A DNA stretch of 64,000 bases from Torpedo marmorata (GCA_977017645.1 OZ360222.1:248186001-248250000); one strand, 5' to 3'; positions 51,389-63,760 are shown, counted from the stretch's first letter. The notes: generated by a model from the letters alone, not told the origin. A program made the numbers and translations.

Positions 51389-53469
51389 TGGACCAGCGGC
51401 AGCAATTCCAATCTGTGTTCTTACTTGCTAAAGATACACAGAAGGAGTCCACAGACTTATGCCTACCACTTCAAATGACTGTAATGTGCTGCAATCCTTA
51501 AACGAGTTTCAACCACAACATCCGTCACTAATATCACTGATTTTCAAAAAATAGTTTCTCCAACGTATTTATAGGACACTTTATTATAAGATTTGAAGCT
51601 TTAAATCACTCTCTGGCTGTTATTCATGGCAGATGGATGTAGATTACAAACTGCCCCCAACTCGAGGCATCTCCAAAATGGCCACCAATTTATATCAGCC
51701 CAAAGCACAGAGAGTTTTTTCTATCTTCTTTCCTTCAAACTTCTGTTCCAAACAGCCAGCCCTTTATTGACTATAAGTAACGGTGACTTCGCTCCACCAA
51801 TAGTCACCTGGAGGCTAAGTGTGGTCCTTGCTTTTGACGCGTTTTATTTAATTTACTGACAAAGTCCAATATGTTCAAAAACCTTTATTTTCACACATGA
51901 CTTGCAGTAATCTTCAATGACTTTAATATAAACAGTTCTTGTAAACGATGTATGATAAGTTCCTTTAAATTATTCCTTAAACAATTCCAAAACGATATGA
52001 AACACTGTAGATGATGTTAAAGTTATAGAAACATTATAAAACGGTATAAAACGGTCAATAAAGATGTGGAGACCAGACTCACCCCCATACATCTCTATCC
52101 TTTCTTTGTTCTCTCTCTCTAATGGTTCTGCGCATGCTCCAACGCGCATACTACAATTCCCAGCCTCCCACGCGCACTATGACGTCACTCTATACTGCGC
52201 ATGCGCCCGTCGGCACTCCCGCGCATGCGCATATCAAAGAACGGGCCGACGACGGCCCACAGAACAACGCAAGCGCTCCAAGGCCCGACGTGGCCTCGGA
52301 GCGCGCTGAGGACGGCCCAGTGAACAACGCGAGCGCTCAATGGCCCGACGTGGCCCAGGAGCGCTCCGAGGACGGCCCACCGAACCACGCGAGCGCTCCA
52401 AGGCCCGACGAGACATCGGAGCGCCGCAACAACGGTAAGTTAACGAGCCTACGGCTCTTACACCCTCTATTTTTATTTCATTCATGTGCCTGTCTAAGAG
52501 TCTCTTAAATGCCCCTAATGTTTCAGCCTCCACCACCGTCCCAGGCAAGGAATTCCAGGCACCCACAACTCTCTGTGTAAAAAACTTACCCCTGATGTCT
52601 CCCCTAAACTTCCCTCCTTAACTTTGTACAGATGTCCTCTGGTGTTTGCTATTCCTGCCCTGGGAATCGGCTTCCTTTTTTCCTCTTTATTGCATTTTCG
52701 ATATCTGTAGACATGCAGGGTTTCCTGCACCTGTAAGCCTGAACTTTCGCCCATATTGCAACATGTTGGCCCTGAACACTTATTATTTCTCCTTTCAGTG
52801 CTTCCCACTGTACAGATGCAGATTCAGCTACAATAGATGCTACCAGTCTACCTTTTCACCAGGTTCTGTCTTATTTAATGAAATTGGCCTTCCCCCAACT
52901 TGTCCTTTAATCCTGGTCTATGCTGATTTTGTTTTCCATATCCACTTTGAAATATATGGAGTTTTGGTCACGAGCTCCCCCGCTGACACTCCTTTTACCT
53001 GACCAGATTTTAGTTCCTAAAACAAGCTCAATCAAAAAGCCCTCTTGGATATACTTCAAAAACCCACCCCACTGAGCCCTTTATGTCAAGGTAGTCCCAG
53101 TTAACATGGAAACACCCCCCCTGTCCCCCAACTACAATAACCCTATTTTTTATCACATTGCTCTTCTATTTGACTGTACATCTGCTACTCTATCTCCTGT
53201 TGGCTGTTAGGAGGTGCATCATATACCCCCGGCAAAGTGGTGACACCCTAATCTCTACCCATATGACCTCATTTGAGGAGCCTTTGGAATATCCTCCTTC
53301 AATACTGGTGATGCAACCTTAGACTAACAATGCAATGCCATTTCCTGTTTTACACCCCTGTGTTTCATCTGACATTTCTGTATCCAGGATACTGAGTAGC
53401 CAGTCCTGCCTGTCTCAGTGATGGCAACAGTATTGTAGTTACCCATGTTCATTAAAGCTTTGAGCTCAC

Positions 53470-54229
53470 TGTTGTGTTGAGAAGAGTATCAGGTTTGGTG
53501 AGTTCACCGAGAGACGAGTCTGGACACAAGTGTTACAATCACACATAACTTTTATTAACACACGGGAAACAAACAGGGGAGAACGTTAAATGGTACACTA
53601 TTGCTAATTCACGTAAGCGACGATATAGACATTCACCTTGGACATCAGTTGGACTCCGACAACGGTAAACCTATATTCAACCCAATTCACACACTACACA
53701 CACTGTTTCACTTGAGCGACGATATAGACGTTGACCTCGGACATCAGTTGGACTCCGACAACGGTAAACCTATATTCGACCCTGCTCACATACTATAAAC
53801 AGGGACTCTTACACACGCTCCCGGTTCCCTGATCAATGGAGATGTGGCTCCACTGCAAATATTGATCTATCGCAATACTACGGCTCAGCTTCAGTGTAGT
53901 GAACACCTTACCCGCGACCCTTCCAGCGACGTCCACAGTAGCGACCTGGCATGGAGTGGTGTCCGGGGCTTGGACAACGAGGCAGAGAGAGAGAATGTGC
54001 TGTGGGTTGGTATTATATACAGTGCTAATCTGTGCTTCTAGCCAATAATGACCCTAGGTGATTTAAAGTAGCCAACGGCAAGATGTGCACTAATGGGCGG
54101 CCGGAGTCCAACCTTGATTGACAGGTGATGTGACTTCCGAATAAGTTCCAGATGGGGAGGACACGTGACCACCCGCAATCCACAATATTCCAGACAGGCA
54201 GGGAGGCCACGTTTCCTCCACACACAACA
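53470..54229 (-). mobile_element. Retroviral-type LTR (3' LTR of an ERV-like element) with an internal ~100-bp tandem duplication
   Basis: Inverted ends TGTTGTGT..ACACAACA; preceded on the minus strand by PPT GAGGGGTGGAA; AATAAA on the minus strand near 53555; duplicated block at ~53617 and ~53717. Confidence 0.75.
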
Positions 54230-55463
54230 TTCCACCCCTCGGAAGCCACATCACTCTGCAATCACTATGATGACAATCAATAACTCTATGTACATGTTAT
54301 AATTATTAAAAAAAAAGAAAAGAGAAAAAAAACCCAAAAAGACGTGTTAAAAAAAAGATATCAATCAAGCGGATCAATATGTACACAAGTGTCTTCCATA
54401 TGCTGGACAAGGCACATAATCAAATTCAATGACAACGCCTCACCAGCTCTGCCCCCCCCCCCCCGACCAAACAGGGTCGCTTTGTGCTGTTGGAGCAGGG
54501 TGCTGTGGGAGCTTCTCCGCAGTGTCAGAGAGGAGGGTAGAGAAAGAAATTTGTCTGGTCACCGACTCGCCTGCCTGGTTTCTCCGGCTTGGCTGGCAAA
54601 TGTGAGCACCCTTACCACCAACGTCTGCGAGCAGGTGCTATCCTGTGCCTTGGCCTCACGCTTGTGCGCTCCCTAAGCACAGCCCCCAGGTGGCCGTCGC
54701 CGTTCTATCCCGTGGTGAGTCAGGGGGCAGGCCGGCAGGCATACATCCAGGGTGTACCCGGGGCGTCCCGTTTTCCTGGGCTGTCGTCTGACACCAGGGT
54801 GCCATTCCTGCTCGTGTTCTCTATAAACGGGTGCCACAAGTGCCTGTGTTGGATCCCTGTAACAATAGCCAGGAGGAGTCGGGACTAAAAGTTAGCCAAT
54901 TTACTGATTTTAAGTAAAAGCTCCCGAAGCCCCCACCCCATGAGGTATTTGTTTCTGTTAATGGGAGTTCTGGGTCGATGCTGTCATTGTCAAGTGAAAC
55001 AAAATATATACAACGTTTCTTACTATTGTTTGATCAATGACACTCTACTTATAAGCTGTGACTTTGAATCTGACCCTACTTATAAATTGTAACTGAATAC
55101 CTAGATTGTGCTTGGTAAAGTCATCATTAGTACAGCTCAGGGTGATTAAAAAGGAGAAAGACAACACAAAAGGTCCATTACAAAGTCTGCACCTGTAATG
55201 TGAATCACAATAGATGCAATTGAATGTCCAATGCTGAGGTTTAGGTTTCCATGGCAACAGCTCTTGCCCATGAGAATTCTTTGCATAATAAGTGACAAAA
55301 GTTCCTGCAGGTAAAACGAGTTGATGGCTGGGATCAGTGATGAGATCGCAGCAGTCTGTTTTGATGAGCATTTTGTAGACCTTCACGTCGAGAAGAGGAA
55401 CAGCTTGAAGGGTGGTCTTCTCCTGTGGGGGGGAGGGGTGTTTGGGAGAGCTCAAACGATAGA

Positions 55464-56396
55464 TTAGTCAGGGGCCACCTCCGGTGGAGGAGGACCAGAG
55501 GGGAGGCTGGTCCAGGACGGAGTGGGCAGCACATGGGAAGCTCCACATCTACGGAGCTTCCCCCCGCAATGCTCTCTCCAGAGAGCACACATGTCTCTGT
55601 GAGACACCGGCAGGGTGACGTCGCTGAACTTCCCCTCAGTCCTGAAAACTCGAGCGGGAGCTCTCCGCTCCGTGTGCTCCGATCCCTCCAGGAGGGTAAT
55701 GGCTTCCCGGACCGCCATCCCGGTTGCCAGACCCATGAGGGGCAAGACCACCCCTCTATGGCCAGGGCATGCGGCGGTGACTAAATAGCCCACCAAGGCA
55801 CCAGTCACCTTTGTGCCCCCTGGGAGGTGGTGCTCATGGGTGCCCCTATAGATACCCAGGATCAGTGCCAACTCCCTAACAATCCGTGTCCCCACGCCAA
55901 TGGTGTGCCACTCTTGGAGGGCAGGGAACCTGGCCTGGACCGCAGTCGCCACCCGTTCCCACAGGGTGGTGCCATCATCGACCCCTTCTGGCGGCGCCCG
56001 CAAGGTGTTGTCAATCGTCTGCTGGTCAGATAGACCGCCCAGGACGCTCGCTTCCCAATAAGAGAGAAGGGAATAGGGGGCCCCCTTGTCTCCCAACTGA
56101 AGCAGCGGCATGGCTAAGTGTTCACCTGGCCGCTGGTGGTATCGGTCCCCTCGCCCAGTTAGCCCCTTAGCAGAGTAGTCCTGGGACTCCATTATCTCAC
56201 AGTGACCACCTATGTACCCACCCGAGGTCCCTCCGTTTTTGGCTAACTCCCCATTTTGGAGAGTCGGCGGGGTGCCCTCGTTGCAGACCTGGGACCGCGT
56301 GGTCACTGCTCGGGCTTGTAAAGGCTCGGGGACGCAGGGAGGAGGAAGTGTGTCGTGTGACTCAGTTTCCTCATGGTTATCACCATCCATCCACAC
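55464..56396 (-). pseudogene. Degenerate Gag resembling class III (ERV-L/ERV-S) endogenous retroviruses
   Basis: TLWERVATAVQARFP and VSHRDMCALWREH resemble ERV-L-type Gag blocks; lies between a Ser-PBS and a PPT/LTR. Confidence 0.5.
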
Positions 56397-56418
56397 ATAC
56401 CCACCCCCCCCCCCCCAC

Positions 56419-57234
56419 CAGGGCTGGATTTACCTAGTAGCAAAAGTAGCACATGCTACGGGCCCGGCATTTCCAAGGGTTCCGCGCTAAATGCTTGCAA
56501 GCTATTAATTCAAGTACGAGGACATGCTGCGCTTCGCTGTGGCCCAGTCTGATGCGGCCCGCCAGATGGGCGACCCGGATCGCGTCACCGAGGCTAACCT
56601 CAACCTGGCGCGGGGCCAGGAGAAGCTGTGCAAGTTCTCTGAGTCCGTGGCCTACTGCAGGACGTGCCTCGGCGCCGAAGGCGGCCCTCTGCGCCTGCAG
56701 TTCAACGGGCAGGTCTACTTCAGCATGGGCAACACCTACCTCGGCCTCAGCGCCTTACAGAAGGCGCTCGAGTGCTTTGAGAAGGCGCTGCGCTAAGCGC
56801 ACGGCAACAACGACAAGATGCTGGAATGCCGCGTGTGCTGCAACCTGGGCGCCTTCTACGTGCAGCTGAAGGACTACGAGAAGGCGCTCTTCTTCCCCTG
56901 TAAAGGCGCTGAGCTGGTCGCCGACTACAGCAGGGGCTGGAGCCTCAAGTACAAGGCCATGAGCCGCTACCACATGGCTATCACACTGGGACGCCGGGTC
57001 AGTGGGGTGGGGTGGGGGTGACATAGGGTGGCCATTTCAAACTTACCAAAACGGAGGACATGCAGGGTCAGCGTCACAAACTCGCTCGGGGTGGGGGTCA
57101 CTGCCGTCACACTTCCCCCTCACTGCGCATGCGCCAGTTGGCACTATTTAGGACCTTGCATGCTCCAGCCGGCACAATTTAAGGCCCCTTTATAACATAT
57201 GCTACAGACCCCGCACTAGCTTAATCCGGCCCTA
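56419..57234. mobile_element. hAT (Tip100-like) non-autonomous element carrying a RAPSN fragment
   Basis: TIRs CAGGGCTGGATT / AATCCGGCCCT(A); subterminal repeats CACATGCTACGGGCCC / CATATGCTACAGACCC; TSD degenerate (C-rich). Confidence 0.65.
56512..56979 (+). pseudogene. RAPSN: Rapsyn (43-kDa receptor-associated protein of the synapse) gene fragment with an in-frame stop
   Basis: [67 protein letters not shown] corresponds to rapsyn TPR region (~aa 58-213); TAA at 56794 in place of Tyr; no 5' or 3' remainder. Confidence 0.93.
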
Positions 57235-57374
57235 ATCCCCCCACCACGTGTCGATCCCCTCCCCCTGCTGGACAATGGCTCGGGCTTTTCCTGAGTCAAG
57301 CTGCCAGCTAGACTAGCGAGCTGCTTGCAGCTGTTGTGTTTCAATCAGCTTGGAAGCTGCCTCCAAGATTTTAA

Positions 57375-57920
57375 ATTCTTTTTTTTTCAATCTTTTTTAT
57401 TGATTTTTATAAGAAATACAATACAATGAAGAAAAGGGAATGAAACTGAAAATACAATATCACATATGTATATATATTAAAATAAAACTTCAAACAGTAT
57501 AAATTCAATCCCCCCTGGTGACAATGAAAAAAACCCATCAAAAGTATTATATATATATTTTAAAAAAACACCTAACCTACTCTAATAAAAAAACAACTAA
57601 CAAAAACAGCTGAGCAGCTTATCCTGAAGGTTATATATATTTTGTAATTTTTGGTTCCTACCGTAAATCAAAAAACAAAGGAAGAGTAAATACATCTAAT
57701 CACATTAGAAACACTTACATCATATGAAAATAAGACATAAAAGGTCGTCATGTATCTTCAAATTTCACCGATGAATCAAATACATGATATCTAATTTTTT
57801 CTAAGCTTAAACAAGACATAATATGAGAAAACCATTGAAACACTGTTGGACGTCTAGAGTCTTTCCATTTGAATAGGATGGCTCTTCTAGCCAACAATGT
57901 AGAGAAGGCCACAACCCGAT
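57375..57920 (-). mobile_element. L1-clade LINE 3' end
   Basis: T-run at ~57378; translation LLARRAILFKWKDS..WFSHIMSCLSLEKIRY. Confidence 0.8.
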
Positions 57921-58084
57921 TCCCACACTACTTCACCGGCTTCCTCCAGCTTCCTTGTTCCCGCCATGGCCATATCTTACTGTGTCTGCAATTCCGCCTC
58001 CCCGAACCTATGTCTCAAAATAAAGTTGGTTAGTTAGTCGATTTCCCAGACACCCCAATACCCGTTTTCCAACGTCAAACTCCT

Positions 58085-58740
58085 CAAGATTCAAGATTCA
58101 AGATTCTATTTATTGTCATGTAACAAAACAGTGTCATGTTACACAAAATTGTTTTTGCCTGCTGTAAGGCAGACAGATTCGCCATCGGCAGAAATTGCCT
58201 GAAGCGCCTCTTACAGTCAGAGAAAGAGAAGCAAAAGAGAGTTCCCACTAGAGTCATCGAATGTCTGTGGATTCGCCTCCAGCGCTCCCGCAGCCACACA
58301 GAGTCCAGTCCAAACCATCGGCAACCCGAACTGCAGATCCGAACCTCCGACACAGTCAGGAACCCCCCAGCGCCGTTGGCACCCCATCGCATCCCGGTTC
58401 CGATACCTGGCACCCTTTCAGCCAGTTTCGAGTCAGTCTTCAGCAGTCCACAGCCCGGCGCGAGTCCCCTGACAGCAGTCTCCAGCAGCCCACAGCCTCC
58501 GTGGGTTCCTCGCCTCGAGTCGCCAGCAGCCCGCCGCTTGCGTGGGTCTTTCAGCTGCAGAACCCCCTCACTGGTCCGCCGCCGTGGCCACCGTCCCATG
58601 GGTTGTCTCCTCTGCTTCTCCTTCTCAGACGGGGGGGGGGGGTGATCTCCCCGTTTTCTCGTGCCCTGCGCCAGTCCTCTGCTTCCCCAGAGTCTGCAAC
58701 CCCTCGTGGCTGCTGCCGATCACAGGTGTTGCCATTTAAA
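58085..58740 (-). mobile_element. Non-autonomous LINE-tail repeat (family of 1204-1566), followed by a partial V-SINE (58750-58845)
   Basis: (CAAGATT)n tail and similarity to 1204-1566. Confidence 0.7.
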
Positions 58741-59194
58741 AAAATTTTTTTGACATACAGCACGGTAACAGGCCATTTCGGCCCACGAGTCCATGCCGCC
58801 CAATTTACACCCAATTAACCTATACCCCCAGTACATTTTGAACAGTCCATCTTGGGCGCAGACCCCGTGGACGCGGGATTTTAAATAAATCTACCGTCGG
58901 CTCCTTTAACAGGCCGTTCAAAGCCTGTGCGGAGCTGATGGCAGTTGGACTAGGCGGTTGGACCCCATGTGAGCACTGTATCTCCGCTCCTCGATCTCCG
59001 TGGGTCCGCACCAGCGGCAGCGCTGCCGTTACAGCAGCTCCGGCAGCATCGCCATATTCTCTTCACCACGCTCCCTTTTTACCACACCTTACGGTCACAG
59101 TTAACTCTGGGGTATTCCCCTAACCTAACAGGGTGATATTTCAAACACATTCACCCAACCTGGAGCCTCATAGTCGGTTGCGACCCGGTGGGAT

Positions 59195-59212
59195 ATCCTG
59201 CCGACTACACCA
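59195..59212 (-). promoter_or_regulatory. Primer-binding site complementary to the tRNA-Ser 3' end
   Basis: Minus strand TGGTGTAGTCGGCAGGAT versus the tRNA-Ser complement TGGCGTAGTCGGCAGGAT; directly follows a CA-ending LTR-like sequence that starts at 59215 on the plus strand. Confidence 0.75.
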
Positions 59213-59589
59213 GTTGTAGGACCAAATAGAAATGCCTCGCGGAGTTGATGTTCAAAATAACAGATGATTTATTAAAACTGATGCGCATCAGGAGACCAGT
59301 CAAAGCTGATCTCCTGAGCATGATTTTGGTACAGGTTCTCAATGGACACAATTACAGAAACTTGATTGACTTTGTTTTACTGTTTTGATTACAGATTGGG
59401 AGTTACAAAGATTTAGTTACTGGCAAGATAAAATTTGATTACAGAATAGGATGCTATTACAGCTAGGATGCTTAGCAAATTTACAATGGGTCTAAGTTTC
59501 TGTTTACAACAATGGGTGCATGTTATGTTTCTAACTTACTTAACAATAAATCCAATTTCCTATTACAGCAAAGGGTTCAATGTTCAAAA

Positions 59590-60262
59590 TTCAAAATTCA
59601 AAATTCAGGTTTATTGTCAGAGTACATACATGTCATCACATACAACCCTGAGATTCTTTTTTCCTGTGGGCCAAGCAGAATTTCAAGTTATCAGTAACTG
59701 TAAACTGTACTCAAGAAAATGATACATATACAAAAGAGAGCAATGTAAACAAAGAAAGAAATGTAAGCAAACTGACTGTGCAATACAGAAAAAAATAAAT
59801 ATTCAGTAATAAATAAAATGCAAAATTAGAGTCCTTAAATGAGTCCCTGATTGAGTTTGTCGTTGAGGAGTCTGATGGTGGAGGGGTAGCAGCTGTTCCT
59901 GAACCTGGTGGTGCGAGTCTTGTGCCACCTATACCTCTTTCCTGATGGCAGCAGCAAGAACAGAGCATGTGCTGGATGGTGTGGATCCTTGATGATTGCT
60001 GCTGCTCTCCGACGGCAGCGTTCCCTGTAGATGTTCTCGATGGTGGGGAGGGTTTTGCCTGTGATGTCCTGGGCTGTGTCCACTACCTTTTTCAGGGCTT
60101 TATGCTCAGAGGTATTGGTGTCCCCATACCAGACCATGATGCAGCCAGTCAGCACACTTTCCACCACACCTCTGTAGAAGTTTGCCAAGGTTTCCGATGA
60201 CATACCAGATCTCCACAAACTCCTGAGGAAGTAGAGGCGCTGACATGCTTTCTTCATGATGC
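59590..60262 (-). mobile_element. Rex1/Babar LINE 3' fragment
   Basis: [40 protein letters not shown]. Confidence 0.88.
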
Positions 60263-60711
60263 CAAGTGAGGTTAAGTGAGCAATCTCCTCACTTACCTCT
60301 TTCAATAACCTTATACACTTTAATATTCTTCCAATGATGCAGCACCATCCGTTTCTTAATCTCAAAATGACCTATCACATTAGCATACTATGTTCCCTAT
60401 CACTATCCTCTGTAAACCTAATGCTTCTCTTGCCTGATTCTTTTAATAGCCATATAGAACTGATTTTGTTACACATGAATAAAAAGTGAAAAAACACAAA
60501 AAACTGGCCAAAAACAAGCCTCCTAATTTCAAGCCCTAATTATAAATTGCTCAGTAATACCAGGGCCCAAATGTACTATAGTGAACAATGACATGGCCTG
60601 CAGTTAAAGGGTTCCGGTAGGGATTTGTGTCGGAAATCTGCACGCGGATTCCACCTTGTTGAATGCCCAGGGGCGGTGGTTGGACTCTTGCCTGCTGGAG
60701 ATAGTCATTAC

Positions 60712-62680
60712 CAGAATCAGAATCAGAATTTATTGTCATGAACAAGTCATGAAATTCGGTGTTTTGCGGCAGCATCATAGTGCAATTAACATTCATATTA
60801 ACCATCTAACGACATTACTATAAAAAAATCATAAACAATAGTGCACGAAAAGTAAGGCAGTGTCTTTGGTTCATTGATTATTCAGGAATCTGATGGCAGC
60901 GGGGAAGAAGCTGACCTTGTGCCATTGAGTGCTCGTCTTTAGGCTCCTGTATCTTTTTCCTGATGGAAGCAGAGTGAAGAGGGCATGGCCTGAGTTGTGG
61001 GGGTCTTTGAGGATAGAGGCTGCTTTTTTAAGACACCGCCTCATGTAGATGTCCTTGATGGAGTGAAGTTTGGTGCCTGTGATGTCACAGGCCGAGTTAA
61101 CAACCTTCTGGAGTTTACTCTTGTCCTGGGAGTTGGCACCTCCATACCAGGCAGTGATGCAACCAGCCAGAATGCTCTCCATGGTACACCTGTAGAAGTT
61201 TACGAGAGTCTTTGGTGACATACCGAATCTCCGCAGACACCTCATAAAGTATAGCCGCTGACGAGCCTTCTTTGTGATTGCATCAACGTGGATGCTCCAG
61301 GACAGATCCTCGGAGATGTTGACACCCAGGAATATGAAGTTCTTGACCCTCTCCTCTACTGAGCCCTCGATGAGGACTGGGTCGTGTTCCCCTGACTTCC
61401 TCCTGAAGTCCACAATCATCTCCTTGGTTTTGCTGACGTTGAGCTCAAGGTTGTTGCCATTACACCATTCAACGAGCTGATCTATCTCCCTCCAGTACGC
61501 TTCCTCATTGCCGTTTGTGATTCTGCCGACAACTGTGGTATCATCGGCAAACTTGTAGATGGCATTGGAATTGTGCCTGGCCACACAGTCATGGGTGTAT
61601 AATGAGTAGAGCAGTGGACTAAGCACGCATCCTTGGGGTGCGCCTGTGTTGATAATCAGTGAGGAGGAGACGTTGTTTCCAATTCGTACTGACTGTGGTC
61701 TTCCGATGAGAAAGTCAAGGATCCAATTGCAGAGGGGGGTACAGAGGCCTAGAGTTTGTAGCTTCTTGACCAGCACTGAGGGAATAATGGTATTGAAGGC
61801 CGAGCTGTATTCGATGAAGAGCAACCGTATGTATGAATTGCTGTTTTTGAGGTGATCCAGAGCTGAGTGGAGAGCCAGCGATATTGCATCTGCTGTGGAG
61901 CGATTGTGGCAATAGGCGAATTGCAGTGGGTCCAGATCTTTGCTTAGGTATGTGTTAATTCTGGCCATGACCAGCCTCTCAAAGCATTTCATCACAGTAG
62001 AAGTTAGTGCAACTGGGCGGTAGTCGTTGAGGCAGCCCACACTACTCTTCTTGGGTACCGGGATGATTGATGCCCTTTTGAAGCAGGTGGGAACCTCTGA
62101 CTGCCGCAATGAGAGGTTGAAAATGTCCGTGAACACTCCGGCTAGTTGGTTGGCACAGATTTTCAATACCCTGCCAGGTACGCCGTCAGGGCCTGACACC
62201 TTGCGAGGGTTCACCCTCTTGAATGATGTTCTGACGTCGCCCTCAGAGACAGATATCACAGGGTCCTCAGCCTTTTCAGGGATTCTAGTTGGCACTGTTT
62301 TGTTCTTCTTCTCAAAGCGGGCATAGAAGGTGTTCAGCTCATTGGCTAGTGAAGCATCACAGCCGTCTATAGTGTTCGCCCTCGCTTTTTAGGCTGTAAT
62401 GGCCTGCACTCCCTGCCATATACTTTCCTTCAGAGATGGCCTTCTGCAGGTCGTGCCTGGACTTTTTGTAAAGATCCCGGTCCCCGGCCTTAAACGCCCT
62501 TGTTCTCGTCCTCAGCAGGTTGCGAATTCTCTGATTCATCCAGGGCTTCTGGTTGGGGAACACCCGGTATTTGCGCGTGGGCACACACTCAAAGGTGTTG
62601 ATGAAGTCAGTGACACCTGTTGCATATTCATTTAGGTCTATGGCTGAGTGCTTGAATATGTTCCAGTCCACCGATTCAAA
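60712..62680 (-). mobile_element. Rex1/Babar LINE, 5'-truncated, RT ORF 60871-62295
   Basis: [54 protein letters not shown]; (ATTCTG)n tail. Confidence 0.94.
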
Positions 62681-62943
62681 GGGACCAGGCACTTGTTGTC
62701 CAGTTCTGCTGCATGCAATGAGCTGCTTCATTTGCCATTGAATTGAACATCGTACATTGATCGATGTCCATCACTGCTTCTTGCCTTATGATGGAAAAAT
62801 AAATCATTCATGAAGTAGCTAAGGCCTGGGGACATTGCCATGATGAAATCATTGTGATTACTGGGGCAGAGATAAGTGGCATCAATACCATAACCTTCTT
62901 CCTCTATGTAATATATTCCATTGACTGCCGGTTCACCAGGGCA

Positions 62944-63100
62944 CCTTGATCCCTTTGCTACATAAAAGACACTGTTTGACCTGCTGAGTTCTCCACCTTG
63001 ATACCTTTGCTACATAAAAGACACTGTTTGACCTGCTGAGTTCTCCAGCTTTTGTGTTTTTTACTCTAACCACGGTGTCTACAGATTTTCGTGTTTACTT
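62944..63100 (+). repeat. Penelope terminal-repeat fragment with a ~52-bp tandem duplication
   Basis: CCTTTGCTACATAAAAGACACTGTTTGACCTGCTGAGTTCTCCA occurs twice. Confidence 0.8.
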
Positions 63101-63359
63101 TTTGATCCCATGTTTGATAGGGTGCTGCCTTGATGACTCTCACTGGAATTGAACTCTTTGGTTCAATTTTGGGTCTGCATCTGAGAAGTCCTGGCAAAAC
63201 CAAAACTCAGCTTTTATGGAGGGGATTTTGGAAAGTATGTGCCACTTTGTTATATGGTTGATGACACCTTGCATCACATTGCTGCTAGTGTAGAGTAGAT
63301 TTGGCAATGACAAGGGAATGAAAGCAAGATAAATGCTTACAGGGTAATCTTGGAATGTA

Positions 63360-63760
63360 CTTCAACCAATTCGTCCAAGTGGCAAGACAGGTGGGTGAAG
63401 TGTTTAAGAAATCATACATGATTACCACCTTCATTGGCCGAGGCACAGGGTGCAAGAGTACTGGTGAGGCCTCAGCTGGAGTACTGGTACAGTTCTGGTC
63501 ACCACACTTCAGGGATGATGTGATTGTTCGAGAGGGAGCAAAGGAGATTTATAAGGATCTTGCCAGAAATGTCGAGTTATACTTTTGAAAGGAGATTGAT
63601 GAGTCCAGAGTTGCTTTCCTTGGAACAAGGGGTGAAGGGAAAATGTAATTGAGATGTAAAGGACTTATTTCCCTTGACAGAGAAGTCAGTAACTTGAGTG
63701 CATAGATTGTAATAGTTGGTGGAAGGATTAGAGGATGGGGGGGGGGGGAGATGACAAAAA
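63360..63760 (+). mobile_element. Highly degraded CR1 3' fragment
   Basis: LVRPQLEY/VQFWSPH-like remnants. Confidence 0.6.

Larger units (their letters stand above)
46337..52462 (-). mobile_element. Non-autonomous BEL/Pao LTR retrotransposon
   Basis: LTRs 46337-47030 and 51772-52462 differ only by small indels that I could see; 5-bp TSD CCCTC; PPT TTAGGGGCCGG; inserted into a CR1 3' fragment (46222-46336, resuming 52468). Confidence 0.95.

Noticed and set aside
50409-51431. 340-aa Ser/Cys-rich plus-strand ORF
   Set aside because: Antisense shadow of the repetitive BEL Gag
55045-55330. Retroviral env transmembrane remnant
   Set aside because: Only a short hydrophobic LLCC-containing stretch, with no fusion-peptide or CX6CC motif; too weak to call
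56524-57021. Functional RAPSN gene exon
   Set aside because: In-frame TAA, substitutions at residues I recall as conserved, no splice acceptor or donor at the expected positions, and no other exons in the window
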